Source: Auanema rhodensis
Taxonomy: Eukaryota > Animalia > Nematoda
Length of the DNA: 64,000 nucleotides
Assembly: GCA_964057225.1 (NCBI GenBank)
Contig: OZ059897.1
Location: 20,088,001-20,152,000 of the forward strand
Direction of reading: 5' to 3'
Shown: piece after piece, positions 10,001-25,613 of the stretch
Layout: every line of letters starts with the position of its first letter
Numbering within the stretch: the first letter of the stretch is position 1
Notes under the pieces: model-generated
Databases searched by the model: none
Seen by the model: the letters and a program-made list of their open reading frames with translations, nothing else
Told to the model about the DNA's origin: nothing
Made by a program: the position numbers and the translations under genes

Positions 10001-13000
10001 AACGCTTAATACAAAAATTAGTTATGATCGTTTGAAAAATGATGCATTAGTGTATGTTGAGTTTCCATGTACACTCAACATTGCTTCCGAAAACATTTTG
10101 ACAAAAATTTTTTCGAAAAATTTCAAAATAATTTAGCAAAAAGTAGATGTTTTTAGATTCCTTTTTTCAAGGCAAAGACGATGGACAATGTTATTTAACG
10201 AAAAAATTAATTCTTCAGGGTGAAAATCGAGGATATAAGTGTAAACTTATATCAGTTGATATCTCGGTGCATTTTTAAGCTAGCGCAAATCTGATAACAC
10301 AGATCGACGCAGCTTAAAAATCCGCATCGAATGCACTATACTACATTGAGAAACGCTTAATACAAAAATTAGTTATGATCGTTTGAAAAATGATGCATTA
10401 GTGTATGTTGAGTTTCCATGTACACTCAACATTGCTTCCAAAAACATTTTGACAAAAATTTTTTCGAAAAATTTCAAAATAATTTAGCAAAAAGTATATG
10501 TTTTTAGATTCCTTTTTTCAAGGCAAAGACGATGGACAATGTTATTTAACGAAAAAATTAATTCTTCAGGGTGAAAATCGAGGATATAAGTGTAAACTTA
10601 TATCAGTTGATATCTCGGTGCATTTTTAAGCTAGCGCAAATCTGATAACACAGATCGACGCAGCTTAAAAATCCGCATCGAATGCACTATACTACATTGA
10701 GAAACGCTTAATACAAAAATTAGTTATGATCGTTTGAAAAATGATGCATTAGTGTATGTTGAGTTTCCATGTACACTCAACATTGCTTCCAAAAACATTT
10801 TGACAAAAATTTTTTCGAAAAATTTCAAAATAATTTAGCAAAAAGTATATGTTTTTAGATTCCTTTTTTCAAGGCAAAGACAATGGACCATGTTATTTAA
10901 CGAAAAAATTAATTCTTCAGGGTGAAAATCGAGGATATAAGTGTAAACTTATATCAGTTGATATCTCGGTACATTTTTAAGCTAGCGCAAATCTGATAAC
11001 ACAGATCGACGCAGCTTAAAAATCCGCATCGAATGCACTATACTACATTGAGAAACGCTTAATACAAAAATCAGTTATGATCGTTTGAAAAATGATGCAT
11101 TAGTGTATGTTGAGTTTCCATGTACACTCAACATTGCTTCCAAAAACATTTTGACAAAAATTTTTTCGAAAAATTTCAAAATAATTTAGCAAAAAGTAGA
11201 TGTTTTTAGATTCCTTTTTTCAAGGCAAAGACGATGGACAATGTTATTCAACGAAAAAATTAATTCTTCAGGGTGAAAATCGAGGATATAAGTGTAAACT
11301 TATATCAGTTGATATCTTGGTGCATTTTTAAGCTAGCGCAAATCTGATAACACAGATCGACGCAGCTTAAAAATCCGCATCGAATGCACTATACTACATT
11401 GAGAAACGCTTAATACAAAAATTAGTTTTGATCGTTTGAAAAATGATGCATTAGTGTATGTTGAGTTTCCATGTACACTCAACATTGCTTCCAAAAACAT
11501 TTTGACAAAAATTTTTTCGAAAAATTTCAAAATAATTTAGCAAAAAGTAGATGTTTTTAGATTCCTTTTTTCAAGGCAAAGACGATGGACAATGTTATTT
11601 AACGAAAAAATTAATTCTTCAGGGTGAAAATCGAGGATATAAGTGTAAACTTATATCAGTTGATATCTCGGTGCATTTTTAAGCTAGCGCAAATCTGATA
11701 ACACAGATCGACACAGCTTAAAAATCCGCATCGAATGCACTATACGACATTGAGAAACGCTTAATACAAAAATTAGTTATGATCGTTTGAAAAATGATGC
11801 ATTAGTGTATGTTGAGTTTCCATGTACACTCAACATTGCTTCCAAAAACATTTTGACAAAAATTTTTTCGAAAAATTTCAAAATAATTTAGCAAAAAGTA
11901 GATGTTTTTAGATTCCTTTTTTCAAGGCAAAGACGATGGACAATGTTATTCAACGAAAAAATTAATTCTTCAGGGTGAAAATCGAGGATATAAGTGTGAA
12001 CTTATATCAGTTGATGTCTCGGTACATTTTTAAGCTAGCGCAAATCTGATAACACAGATCGACGCAGCTTAAAAATCCGCATCGAATGCACTATACTACA
12101 TGGAAGAACGCTTAATACAAAAATTAGTTATGATCGTTTGGAAAATGATGCATTAGTGTATGTTGAGTTTCCATGTACACTCAACATTGCTTCCAAAAAC
12201 ATTTTGACAAAAATTTTTTCGAAAAATTTCAAAATAATTTAGCAAAAAGTAGATGTTTTTAGATTCCTTTTTTCAAGGCAAAGACGATGGACAATGTTAT
12301 TCCACGAAAAAATTATTTCTTCAGGGTGAAAATCGAGGATATAAGTGTGAACTTATATCAGTTGATATCTCGGTGCATTTTTAAGCTAGCGCAAATCTGA
12401 TAACACAGATCGACGCAGCTTAAAAATCCGCATCGAATGCACTATACTACATTGAGAAACGCTTAATACAAAAATTAGTTATGATCGTTTGAAAAATGAT
12501 GCATTAGTGTATGTTGAGTTTCCATGTACACTCAACATTGCTTCCAAAAACATTTTGACAAAAATTTTTTCGAAAAATTTCAAAATAATTTAGCAAAAAG
12601 TAGATGTTTTTAGATTCCTTTTTTCAAGGCAAAGACGATGGACAATGTTATTCAACGAAAAAATTGATTCTTCAGGGTGAAAATCGAGGATATAAGTGTA
12701 AACTTATATCAGTTGATATCTTGGTGCATTTTTAAGCTAGCGCAAATCTGATAACACAGATCGACGCAGCTTAAAAATCCGCATCGAATGCACTATACTA
12801 CATTGAGAAACGCTTAATACAAAAATTAGTTATGATCGTTTGAAAAATGATGCATTAGTGTATGTTGAGTTTCCATGTACACTCAACATTGCTTCCAAAA
12901 ACATTTTGACAAAAATTTTTTCGAAAAATTTCAAAATAATTTAGCAAAAAGTAGATGTTTTTAGATTCCTTTTTTCAAGGCAAAGACAATGGACCATGTT

Positions 13001-16000
13001 ATTCAACGAAAAAATTAATTCTTCAGGGTGAAAATCGAGGATATAAGTGTAAACTTATATCAGTTGATATCTCGGTGCATTTTTAAGCTAGCGCAAATCT
13101 GATAACACAGATCGACGCAGCTTAAAAATCCGCATCGAATGCACTATACTACATGGAAGAACGCTTAATACAAAAATTAGTTATGATCGTTTGGAAAATG
13201 ATGCATTAGTGTATGTTGAGTTTCCATGTACACTCAACATTGCTTCCAAAAACATTTTGACAAAAATTTTTTCGAAAAATTTCAAAATAATTTAGCAAAA
13301 AGTAGATGTTTTTAGATTCCTTTTTTCAAGGCAAAGACGTTGGACAATGTTATTCAACGAAAAAATTATTTCTTCAGGGTGAAAATCGAGGATATAAGTG
13401 TGAACTTATATCAGTTGATATCTCGGTGCATTTTTAAGCTAGCGCAAATCTGATAACACAGATCGACGCAGCTTAAAAATCCGCATCGAATGCACTATAC
13501 TACATTGAGAAACGCTTAATACAAAAATTAGTTATGATCGTTTGAAAAATGATGCATTAGTGTATGTTGAGTTTCCATGTACACTCAACATTGCTTCCAA
13601 AAACATTTTGACAAAAATTTTTTCGAAAAATTTCAAAATAATTTAGCAAAAAGTAGATGTTTTCAGATTCCTTTTTTCAAGGCAAAGACAATGGACCATG
13701 TTATTCAACGAAAAAATTAATTCTTCAGGGTGAAAATCGAGGATATAAGTGTAAACTTATATCAGTTGATATCTCGGTGCATTTTTAAGCTAGCGCAAAT
13801 CTGATAACACAGATCGACGCAGCTTAAAAATCCGCATCGAATGCACTATACTACATTGAGAAACGCTTAATAAACAAATTAGTTATGATCGTTTGAAAAA
13901 TGATGCATTAGTGTATGTTGAGTTTCCATGTACACTCAACATTGCTTCCAAAAACATTTTGACAAAAATTTTTTCGAAAAATTTCAAAATAATTTAGCAA
14001 AAAGTAGATGTTTTTAGATTCCTTTTTTCAAGGCAAAGACGATGGACAATGTTATTCAACGAAAAAATTAATTCTTCAGGGTGAAAATCGAGGATATAAG
14101 TGTAAACTTATATCAGTTGATATCTCGGTGCATTTTTAAGCTAGCGCAAATCTGATAACACAGATCGACGCAGCTCAAAAATCCGTACCAATGCACTATA
14201 CTATATTGAGAAACGCTTAATACAAAAATTAGTTATGATCGTTTGAAAAATGATGCATTAGTGTATGTTGAGTTTCCATGTACACTCAACATTGCTTCCA
14301 AAAACATTTTGACAAAAATTTTTTCGAAAAATTTCAAAATAATTTAGCAAAAAGTAGATGTTTTTAGATTCCTTTTTTCAAGGCAAAGACGATGGACAAT
14401 GTTATTTAACGAAAAAATTAATTCTTCAGGGTGAAAATCGAGGATATAAGTGTAAACTTATATCAGTTGATATCTCGGTGCATTTTTAAGCTAGCGCAAA
14501 TCTGATAACACAGATCGACGCAGCTTAAAAATCCGCATCGAATGCACTATACTACATTGAGAAACGCTTAATACAAAAATTAGTTATGATCGTTTGAAAA
14601 ATGATGCATTAGTGTATGTTGAGTTTCCATGTACACTCAACATTGCTTCCGAAAACATTTTGACAAAAATTTTTTCGAAAAATTTCAAAATAATTTAGCA
14701 AAAAGTAGATGTTTTTAGATTCCTTTTTTCAAGGCAAAGACGATGGACAATGTTATTCAACGAAAAAATTAATTCTTCAGGGTGAAAATCGAGGATATAA
14801 GTGTAAACTTATATCAGTTGATATCTCGGTGCATTTTTAAGCTAGCGCAAATCTGATAACACAGATCGACGCAGCTTAAAAATCCGCATCGAATGCACTA
14901 TACTACATTGAGAAACGCTTAATACAAAAATTAGTTATGATCGTTTGAAAAATGATGCATTAGTGTATGTTGAGTTTCCATGTACACTCAACATTGCTTC
15001 CGAAAACATTTTGACAAAAATTTTTTCGAAAAATTTCAAAATAATTTAGCAAAAAGTAGATGTTTTTAGATTCCTTTTTTCAAGGCAAAGACGATGGACA
15101 ATGTTATTCAACGAAAAAATTAATTCTTCAGGGTGAAAATCGAGGATATAAGTGTAAACTTATATCAGTTGATATCTCGGTGCATTTTTAAGCTAGCGCA
15201 AATCTGATAACACAGATCGACGCAGCTTAAAAATCCGCATCGAATGCACTATACTACATTGAGAAACGCTTAATACAAAAATTAGTTATGATCGTTTGAA
15301 AAATGATGCATTAGTGTATGTTGAGTTTCCATGTACACTCAACATTGCTTCCAAAAACATTTTGACAAAAATTTTTTCGAAAAATTTCAAAATAATTTAG
15401 CAAAAAGTAGATATTTTTAGATTCCTTTTTTCAAGGCAAAGACAATGGACCATGTTATTCAACGAAAAAATTAATTCTTCAGGGTGAAAATCGAGGATAT
15501 AAGTGTAAACTTATATCAGTTGATATCTCGGTGCATTTTTAAGCTAGCGCAAATCTGATAACACAGATCGACGCAGCTTAAAAATCCGCATCGAATGCAC
15601 TATACTACATTGAGAAACGCTTAATACAAAAATTAGTTATGATCGTTTGAAAAATGATGCATTAGTGTATGTTGAGTTTCCATGTACACTCAACATTGCT
15701 TCCAAAAACATTTTGACAAAAATTTTTTCGAAAAATTTCAAAATAATTTAGCAAAAAGTAGATGTTTTTAGATTCCTTTTTTCAAGGCAAAGACAATGGA
15801 CCATGTTATTCAACAAAAAAATTAATTCTTCAGGGTGAAAATCGAGGATATAAGTGTGAACTTATATCAGTTGATATCTCGGTGCATTTTTAAGCTAGCG
15901 CAAATCTGATAACACAGATCGACGCAGCTCAAAAATCCGTACGAATGCACTATACTATATTGAGAAACGCTTAATACAAAAATTAGTTATGATCGTTTGA

Positions 16001-19000
16001 AAAATGATGCATTAGTGTATGTTGAGTTTCCATGTACACTCAACATTGCTTCCAAAAACATTTTGACAAAAATTTTTTCGAAAAATTTCAAAATAATTTA
16101 GCAAAAAGTATATGTTTTTAGATTCCTTTTTTCAAGGCAAAGACGATGGACAATGTTATTTAACGAAAAAATTAATTCTTCAGGGTGAAAATCGAGGATA
16201 TAAGTGTAAACTTATATCAGTTGATATCTCGGTGCATTTTTAAGCTAGCGCAAATCTGATAACACAGATCGACGCAGCTTAAAAATCCGCATCGAATGCA
16301 CTATACTACATTGAGAAACGCTTAATACAAAAATTAGTTATGATCGTTTGAAAAATGATGCATTAGTGTATGTTGAGTTTCCATGTACACTCAACATTGC
16401 TTCCGAAAACATTTTGACAAAAATTTTTTCGAAAAATTTCAAAATAATTTAGCAAAAAGTAGATGTTTTTAGATTCCTTTTTTCAAGGCAAAGACGATGG
16501 ACAATGTTATTCAACGAAAAAATTAATTCTTCAGGGTGAAAATCGAGGATATAAGTGTAAACTTATATCAGTTGATATCTCGGTGCATTTTTAAGCTAGC
16601 GCAAATCTGATAACACAGATCGACGCAGCTTAAAAATCCGCATCGAATGCACTATACTACATTGAGAAACGCTTAATACAAAAATTAGTTATGATCGTTT
16701 GAAAAATGATGCATTAGTGTATGTTGAGTTTCCATGTACACTCAACATTGCTTCCGAAAACATTTTGACAAAAATTTTTTCGAAAAATTTCAAAATAATT
16801 TAGCAAAAAGTAGATGTTTTTAGATTCCTTTTTTCAAGGCAAAGACGATGGACAATGTTATTCAACGAAAAAATTAATTCTTCAGGGTGAAAATCGAGGA
16901 TATAAGTGTAAACTTATATCAGTTGATATCTCGGTGCATTTTTAAGCTAGCGCAAATCTGATAACACAGATCGACGCAGCTTAAAAATCCGCATCGAATG
17001 CACTATACTACATTGAGAAACGCTTAATACAAAAATTAGTTATGATCGTTTGAAAAATGATGCATTAGTGTATGTTGAGTTTCCATGTACACTCAACATT
17101 GCTTCCAAAAACATTTTGACAAAAATTTTTTCGGAAAATTTCAAAATAATTTAGCAAAAAGTAGATGTTTTTAGATTCCTTTTTTCAAGGCAAAGACAAT
17201 GGACCATGTTATTCAACGAAAAAATTAATTCTTCAGGGTGAAAATCGAGGATATAAGTGTAAACTTATATCAGTTGATATCTCGGTGCATTTTTAAGCTA
17301 GCGCAAATCTGATAACACAGATCGACGCAGCTTAAAAATCCGCATCGAATGCACTATACTACATTGAGAAACGCTTAATACAAAAATTAGTTATGATCGT
17401 TTGAAAAATGATGCATTAGTGTATGTTGAGTTTCCATGTACACTCAACATTGCTTCCAAAAACATTTTGACAAAAATTTTTTCGAAAAATTTCAAAATAA
17501 TTTAGCAAAAAGTAGATGTTTTTAGATTCCTTTTTTCAAGGCAAAGACGATGGACAATGTTATTTAACGAAAAAATTAATTCTTCAGGGTGAAAATCGAG
17601 GATATAAGTGTAAACTTATATCAGTTGATATCTCGGTGCATTTTTAAGCTAGCGCAAATCTGATAACACAGATCGACGCAGCTTAAAAATCCGCATCGAA
17701 TGCACTATACTACATTGAGAAACGCTTAATACAAAAATTAGTTATGATCGTTTGAAAAATGATGCATTAGTGTATGTTGAGTTTCCATGTACACTCAACA
17801 TTGCTTCCGAAAACATTTTGACAAAAATTTTTTCGAAAAATTTCAAAATAATTTAGCAAAAAGTAGATGTTTTTAGATTCCTTTTTTCAAGGCAAAGACG
17901 ATGGACAATGTTATTTAACGAAAAAATTAATTCTTCAGGGTGAAAATCGAGGATATAAGTGTAAACTTATATCAGTTGATATCTCGGTGCATTTTTAAGC
18001 TAGCGCAAATCTGATAACACAGATCGACGCAGCTTAAAAATCCGCATCGAATGCACTATACTACATTGAGAAACGCTTAATACAAAAATTAGTTATGATC
18101 GTTTGAAAAATGATGCATTAGTGTATGTTGAGTTTCCATGTACACTCAACATTGCTTCCAAAAACATTTTGACAAAAATTTTTTCGAAAAATTTCAAAAT
18201 AATTTAGCAAAAAGTATATGTTTTTAGATTCCTTTTTTCAAGGCAAAGACGATGGACAATGTTATTTAACGAAAAAATTAATTCTTCAGGGTGAAAATCG
18301 AGGATATAAGTGTAAACTTATATCAGTTGATATCTCGGTGCATTTTTAAGCTAGCGCAAATCTGATAACACAGATCGACGCAGCTTAAAAATCCGCATCG
18401 AATGCACTATACTACATTGAGAAACGCTTAATACAAAAATTAGTTATGATCGTTTGAAAAATGATGCATTAGTGTATGTTGAGTTTCCATGTACACTCAA
18501 CATTGCTTCCAAAAACATTTTGACAAAAATTTTTTCGAAAAATTTCAAAATAATTTAGCAAAAAGTATATGTTTTTAGATTCCTTTTTTCAAGGCAAAGA
18601 CAATGGACCATGTTATTTAACGAAAAAATTAATTCTTCAGGGTGAAAATCGAGGATATAAGTGTAAACTTATATCAGTTGATATCTCGGTACATTTTTAA
18701 GCTAGCGCAAATCTGATAACACAGATCGACGCAGCTTAAAAATCCGCATCGAATGCACTATACTACATTGAGAAACGCTTAATACAAAAATCAGTTATGA
18801 TCGTTTGAAAAATGATGCATTAGTGTATGTTGAGTTTCCATGTACACTCAACATTGCTTCCAAAAACATTTTGACAAAAATTTTTTCGAAAAATTTCAAA
18901 ATAATTTAGCAAAAAGTAGATGTTTTTAGATTCCTTTTTTCAAGGCAAAGACGATGGACAATGTTATTCAACGAAAAAATTAATTCTTCAGGGTGAAAAT

Positions 19001-21900
19001 CGAGGATATAAGTGTAAACTTATATCAGTTGATATCTTGGTGCATTTTTAAGCTAGCGCAAATCTGATAACACAGATCGACGCAGCTTAAAAATCCGCAT
19101 CGAATGCACTATACTACATTGAGAAACGCTTAATACAAAAATTAGTTATGATCGTTTGAAAAATGATGCATTAGTGTATGTTGAGTTTCCATGTACACTC
19201 AACATTGCTTCCAAAAACATTTTGACAAAAATTTTTTCGAAAAATTTCAAAATAATTTAGCAAAAAGTAGATGTTTTTAGATTCCTTTTTTCAAGGCAAA
19301 GACGATGGACAATGTTATTCAACGAAAAAATTAATTCTTCAGGGTGAAAATCGAGGATATAAGTGTAAACTTATATCAGTTGATATCTTGGTGCATTTTT
19401 AAGCTAGCGCAAATCTGATAACACAGATCGACGCAGCTTAAAAATCCGCATCGAATGCACTATACTACATTGAGAAACGCTTAATACAAAAATTAGTTAT
19501 GATCGTTTGAAAAATGATGCATTAGTGTATGTTGAGTTTCCATGTACACTCAACATTGCTTCCAAAAACATTTTGACAAAAATTTTTTCGAAAAATTTCA
19601 AAATAATTTAGCAAAAAGTAGATGTTTTTAGATTCCTTTTTTCAAGGCAAAGACGATGGACAATGTTATTCAACGAAAAAATTAATTCTTCAGGGTGAAA
19701 ATCGAGGATATAAGTGTAAACTTATATCAGTTGATATCTTGGTGCATTTTTAAGCTAGCGCAAATCTGATAACACAGATCGACGCAGCTTAAAAATCCGC
19801 ATCGAATGCACTATACTACATTGAGAAACGCTTAATACAAAAATTAGTTATGATCGTTTGAAAAATGATGCATTAGTGTATGTTGAGTTTCCATGTACAC
19901 TCAACATTGCTTCCAAAAACATTTTGACAAAAATTTTTTCGAAAAATTTCAAAATAATTTAGCAAAAAGTAGATGTTTTTAGATTCCTTTTTTCAAGGCA
20001 AAGACGATGGACAATGTTATTTAACGAAAAAATTAATTCTTCAGGGTGAAAATCGAGGATATAAGTGTAAACTTATATCAGTTGATATCTCGGTGCATTT
20101 TTAAGCTAGCGCAAATCTGATAACACAGATCGACACAGCTTAAAAATCCGCATCGAATGCACTATACGACATTGAGAAACGCTTAATACAAAAATTAGTT
20201 ATGATCGTTTGAAAAATGATGCATTAGTGTATGTTGAGTTTCCATGTACACTCAACATTGCTTCCAAAAACATTTTGACAAAAATTTTTTCGAAAAATTT
20301 CAAAATAATTTAGCAAAAAGTAGATGTTTTTAGATTCCTTTTTTCAAGGCAAAGACGATGGACAATGTTAATCAACGAAAAAATTAATTCTTCAGGGTGA
20401 AAATCGAGGATATAAGTGTGAACTTATATCAGTTGATGTCTCGGTACATTTTTAAGCTAGCGCAAATCTGATAACACAGATCGACGCAGCTTAAAAATCC
20501 GCATCGAATGCACTATACTACATGGAAGAACGCTTAATACAAAGATTAGTTATGATCGTTTGGAAAATGATGCATTAGTGTATGTTGAGTTTCCATGTAC
20601 ACTCAACATTGCTTCCAAAAACATTTTGACAAAAATTTTTTCGAAAAATTTCAAAATAATTTAGCAAAAAGTAGATGTTTTTAGATTCCTTTTTTCAAGG
20701 CAAAGACGATGGACAATGTTATTCCACGAAAAAATTATTTCTTCAGGGTGAAAATCGAGGATATAAGTGTGAACTTATATCAGTTGATATCTCGGTGCAT
20801 TTTTAAGCTAGCGCAAATCTGATAACACAGATCGACGCAGCTTAAAAATCCGCATCGAATGCACTATACTACATTGAGAAACGCTTAATACAAAAATTAG
20901 TTATGATCGTTTGAAAAATGATGCATTAGTGTATGTTGAGTTTCCATGTACACTCAACATTGCTTCCAAAAACATTTTGACAAAAATTTTTTCGAAAAAT
21001 TTCAAAATAATTTAGCAAAAAGTAGATGTTTTTAGATTCCTTTTTTCAAGGCAAAGACGATGGACAATGTTATTCAACGAAAAAATTGATTCTTCAGGGT
21101 GAAAATCGAGGATATAAGTGTAAACTTATATCAGTTGATATCTTGGTGCATTTTTAAGCTAGCGCAAATCTGATAACACAGATCGACGCAGCTTAAAAAT
21201 CCGCATCGAATGCACTATACTACATTGAGAAACGCTTAATACAAAAATTAGTTATGATCGTTTGAAAAATGATGCATTAGTGTATGTTGAGTTTCCATGT
21301 ACACTCAACATTGCTTCCAAAAACATTTTGACAAAAATTTTTTCGAAAAATTTCAAAATAATTTAGCAAAAAGTAGATGTTTTTAGATTCCTTTTTTCAA
21401 GGCAAAGACAATGGACCATGTTATTCAACGAAAAAATTAATTCTTCAGGGTGAAAATCGAGGATATAAGTGTAAACTTATATCAGTTGATATCTCGGTGC
21501 ATTTTTAAGCTAGCGCAAATCTGATAACACAGATCGACGCAGCTTAAAAATCCGCATCGAATGCACTATACTACATGGAAGAACGCTTAATACAAAAATT
21601 AGTTATGATCGTATGGAAAATGATGCATTAGTGTATGTTGAGTTTCCATGTACACTCAACATTGCTTCCAAAAACATTTTGACAAAAATTTTTTCGAAAA
21701 ATTTCAAAATAATTTAGCAAAAAGTAGATGTTTTTAGATTCCTTTTTTCAAGGCAAAGACGTTGGACAATGTTATTCAACGAAAAAATTATTTCTTCAGG
21801 GTGAAAATCGAGGATATAAGTGTGAACTTATATCAGTTGATATCTCGGTGCATTTTTAAGCTAGCGCAAATCTGATAACACAGATCGACGCAGCTTAAAA
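7017..21900. repeat. ~20-monomer block duplication (first copy from 7017, second from 14035; second copy has 4 extra monomers)
   Basis: The same ordered series of rare variants occurs in both copies (GATATTTT, TCGGAAAA, GTATATG, TCAGTTATG, TCTTGG, ACACAGC+TATACGAC, GATGTCTC, TCCACG, ATTGATT, GACGTTGG). The offset grows from 7018 to 8422. End coordinate approximate. Confidence 0.88.
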
Positions 21901-24900
21901 ATCCGTATCGAATGCACTATACTACATTGAGAAACGCTTAATACAAAAATTAGTTATGATCGTTTGAAAAATGATGCATTAGTGTATGTTGAGTTTCCAT
22001 GTACACTCAACATTGCTTCCGAAAACATTTTGACAAAAATTTTTTCGAAAAATTTCAAAATAATTTAGCAAAAAGTAGATGTTTTTAGATTCCTTTTTTC
22101 AAGGCAAAGACGATGGACAATGTTATTCAACGAAAAAATTAATTCTTCAGGGTGAAAATCGAGGATATAAGTGTAAACTTATATCAGTTGATATCTCGGT
22201 GCATTTTTAAGCTAGCGCAAATCTGATAACACAGATCGACGCAGCTTAAAAATCCGCATCGAATGCACTATACTACATTGAGAAACGCTTAATACAAAAA
22301 TTAGTTATGATCGTTTGAAAAATGATGCATTAGTGTATGTTGAGTTTCCATGTACACTCAACATTGCTTCCAAAAACATTTTGACAAAAATTTTTTCGAA
22401 AAATTTCAAAATAATTTAGCAAAAAGTAGATGTTTTTAGATTCCTTTTTTCAAGGCAAAGACGATGGACAATGTTATTCAACGAAAAAATTAATTCTTCA
22501 GGGTGAAAATCGAGGATATAAGTGTAAACTTATATCAGTTGATATCTCGGTGCATTTTTAAGCTAGCGCAAATCTGATAACACAGATCGACGCAGCTTAA
22601 AAATCCGCATCGAATGCACTATACTACATTGAGAAACGCTTAATACAAAAATTAGTTATGATCGTTTGAAAAATGATGCATTAGTGTATGTTGAGTTTCC
22701 ATGTACACTCAACATTGCTTCCAAAAACATTTTGACAAAAATTTTTTCGAAAAATTTCAAAATAATTTAGCAAAAAGTAGATGTTTTTAGATTCCTTTTT
22801 TCAAGGCAAAGACAATGGACCATGTTATTCAACAAAAAAATTAATTCTTCAGGGTGAAAATCGAGGATATAAGTGTGAACTTATATCAGTTGATATCTCG
22901 GTGCATTTTTAAGCTAGCGCAAATCTGATAACACAGATCGACGCAGCTCAAAAATCCGTACGAATGCACTATACTATATTGAGAAACGCTTAATACAAAA
23001 ATTAGTTATGATCGTTTGAAAAATGATGCATTAGTGTATGTTGAGTTTCCATGTACACTCAACATTGCTTCCAAAAACATTTTGACAAAAATTTTTTCGA
23101 AAAATTTCAAAATAATTTAGCAAAAAGTAGATGTTTTTAGATTCCTTTTTTCAAGGCAAAGACGATGGACAATGTTATTCAACGAAAAAATTAATTCTTC
23201 AGGGTGAAAATCGAGGATATAAGTGTAAACTTATATCAGTTGATATCTCGGTGCATTTTTAAGCTAGCGCAAATCTGATAACACAGATCGACGCAGCTTA
23301 AAAATCCGCATCGAATGCACTATACTACATTGAGAAACGCTTAATACAAAAATTAGTTATGATCGTTTGAAAAATGATGCATTAGTGTATGTTGAGTTTC
23401 CATGTACACTCAACATTGCTTCCAAAAACATTTTGACAAAAATTTTTTCGAAAAATTTCAAAATAATTTAGCAAAAAGTATATGTTTTTAGATTCCTTTT
23501 TTCAAGGCAAAGACGATGGACAATGTTATTTAACGAAAAAATTAATTCTTCAGGGTGAAAATCGAGGATATAAGTGTAAACTTATATCAGTTGATATCTC
23601 GGTGCATTTTTAAGCTAGCGCAAATCTGATAACACAGATCGACGCAGCTTAAAAATCCGCATCGAATGCACTATACTACATTGAGAAACGCTTAATACAA
23701 AAATTAGTTATGATCGTTTGAAAAATGATGCATTAGTGTATGTTGAGTTTCCATGTACACTCAACATTGCTTCCAAAAACATTTTGACAAAATTTTTTTC
23801 GAAAAATTTCAAAATAGATTAGCAAAAGGTAGATGTTTTTAGATTCCTTTTTTCAAGGCAAAGACGATGGACAATGTTATTCAACGAAAAAATTATTTCT
23901 TCAGGGTGAAAATCGAGGATATAAGTGTGAACTTATATCAGTTGATATCTCGGTGCATTTTTAAGCTAGCGCAAATCTGATAACACAGATCGACGCAGCT
24001 TAAAAATCCGCATCGAATGCACTATACTACATTGAGAAACGCTTAATACAAAAATTAGTTATGATCGTTTGAAAAATGATGCATTAGTGTATGTTGAGTT
24101 TCCATGTACACTCAACATTGCTTCCAAAAACATTTTGACAAAAATTTTTTCGAAAAATTTCAAAATAATTTAGCAAAAAGTAGATGTTTTCAGATTCCTT
24201 TTTTCAAGGCAAAGACAATGGACCATGTTATTCAACGAAAAAATTAATTCTTCAGGGTGAAAATCGAGGATATAAGTGTAAACTTATATCAGTTGATATC
24301 TCGGTGCATTTTTAAGCTAGCGCAAATCTGATAACACAGATCGACGCAGCTTAAAAATCCGCATCGAATGCACTATACTACATTGAGAAACGCTTAATAA
24401 ACAAATTAGTTATGATCGTTTGAAAAATGATGCATTAGTGTATGTTGAGTTTCCATGTACACTCAACATTGCTTCCAAAAACATTTTGACAAAAATTTTT
24501 TCGAAAAATTTCAAAATAATTTAGCAAAAAGTAGATGTTTTTAGATTCCTTTTTTCAAGGCAAAGACAATGGACCATGTTATTCAACAAAAAAATTAATT
24601 CTTCAGGGTGAAAATCAAGGATATAAGTGTGAACTTATATCAGTTGATATCTCGGTGCATTTTTAAGCTAGCGCAAATCTGATAACACAGATCGACGCAG
24701 CTCAAAAATCCGTACGAATGCACTATACTATATTGAGAAACGCTTAATACAAAAATTAGTTATGATCGTTTGAAAAATGATGCATTAGTGTATGTTGAGT
24801 TTCCATGTACACTCAACATTGCTTCCAAAAACATTTTGACAAAAATTTTTTCGAAAAATTTCAAAATAATTTAGCAAAAAGTAGATGTTTTTAGATTCTT

Positions 24901-25613
24901 TTTTTCTAGGCAAAGACGATGGACAATGTTATTCAACGAAAAAATTAATTCTTCAGGGTGAAAATCGAGAATATAAGTGTAAACTTATATCAGTTGATAT
25001 CTCGGTGCATTTTTAAGCTAGCGCAAATCTGATAACACAGATCGACGCAGCTTTAAAATCCGCATCGAATGCACTATACCACATTGAGAAACGCTTAATA
25101 CAAAAATTAGTTATGATCGTTTGAAAAATGATGCATTAGTGTATGTTGAGTTTCCATGTACACTCAACATTGCTTCCAAAAACATTTTGACAAAAATTTT
25201 TTCGAAAAATTTCAAAATAATTTAGCAAAAAGTAGATGTTTTTAGATTCCTTTTTTCAAAGCAAAGACGATGGACAATGTTATTTAACGAAAAAATTAAT
25301 TCTTCAGGGTGAAAATCGAGGATATAAGTGTAAACTTATATCAGTTGATATCTCGGTGCATTTTTAAGCTAGCGCAAATCTGATAACACAGATCGACGCA
25401 GCTTAAAAATCCGCATCGAATGCACTATACTACATTGAGAAACGCTTAATACAAAAATTAGTTATGATCGTTTGAAAAATGATGCATTAGTGTATGTTGA
25501 GTTTCCATGTACACTCAACATTGCTTCCAAAAACATTTTGACAAAAATTTTTTCGAAAAATTTCAAAATAATTTAGCAAAAAGTAGATGTTTTTAGATTC
25601 CTTTTTTCAAGGC

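Noticed and set aside
11333-11530. 65-aa ORF on the - strand
   Set aside because: It exists only because a private A>T at 11428 (GTTATG to GTTTTG) turns a TAA stop into AAA in one monomer. The duplicated copy at 18947 retains the stop. No recognisable protein features.
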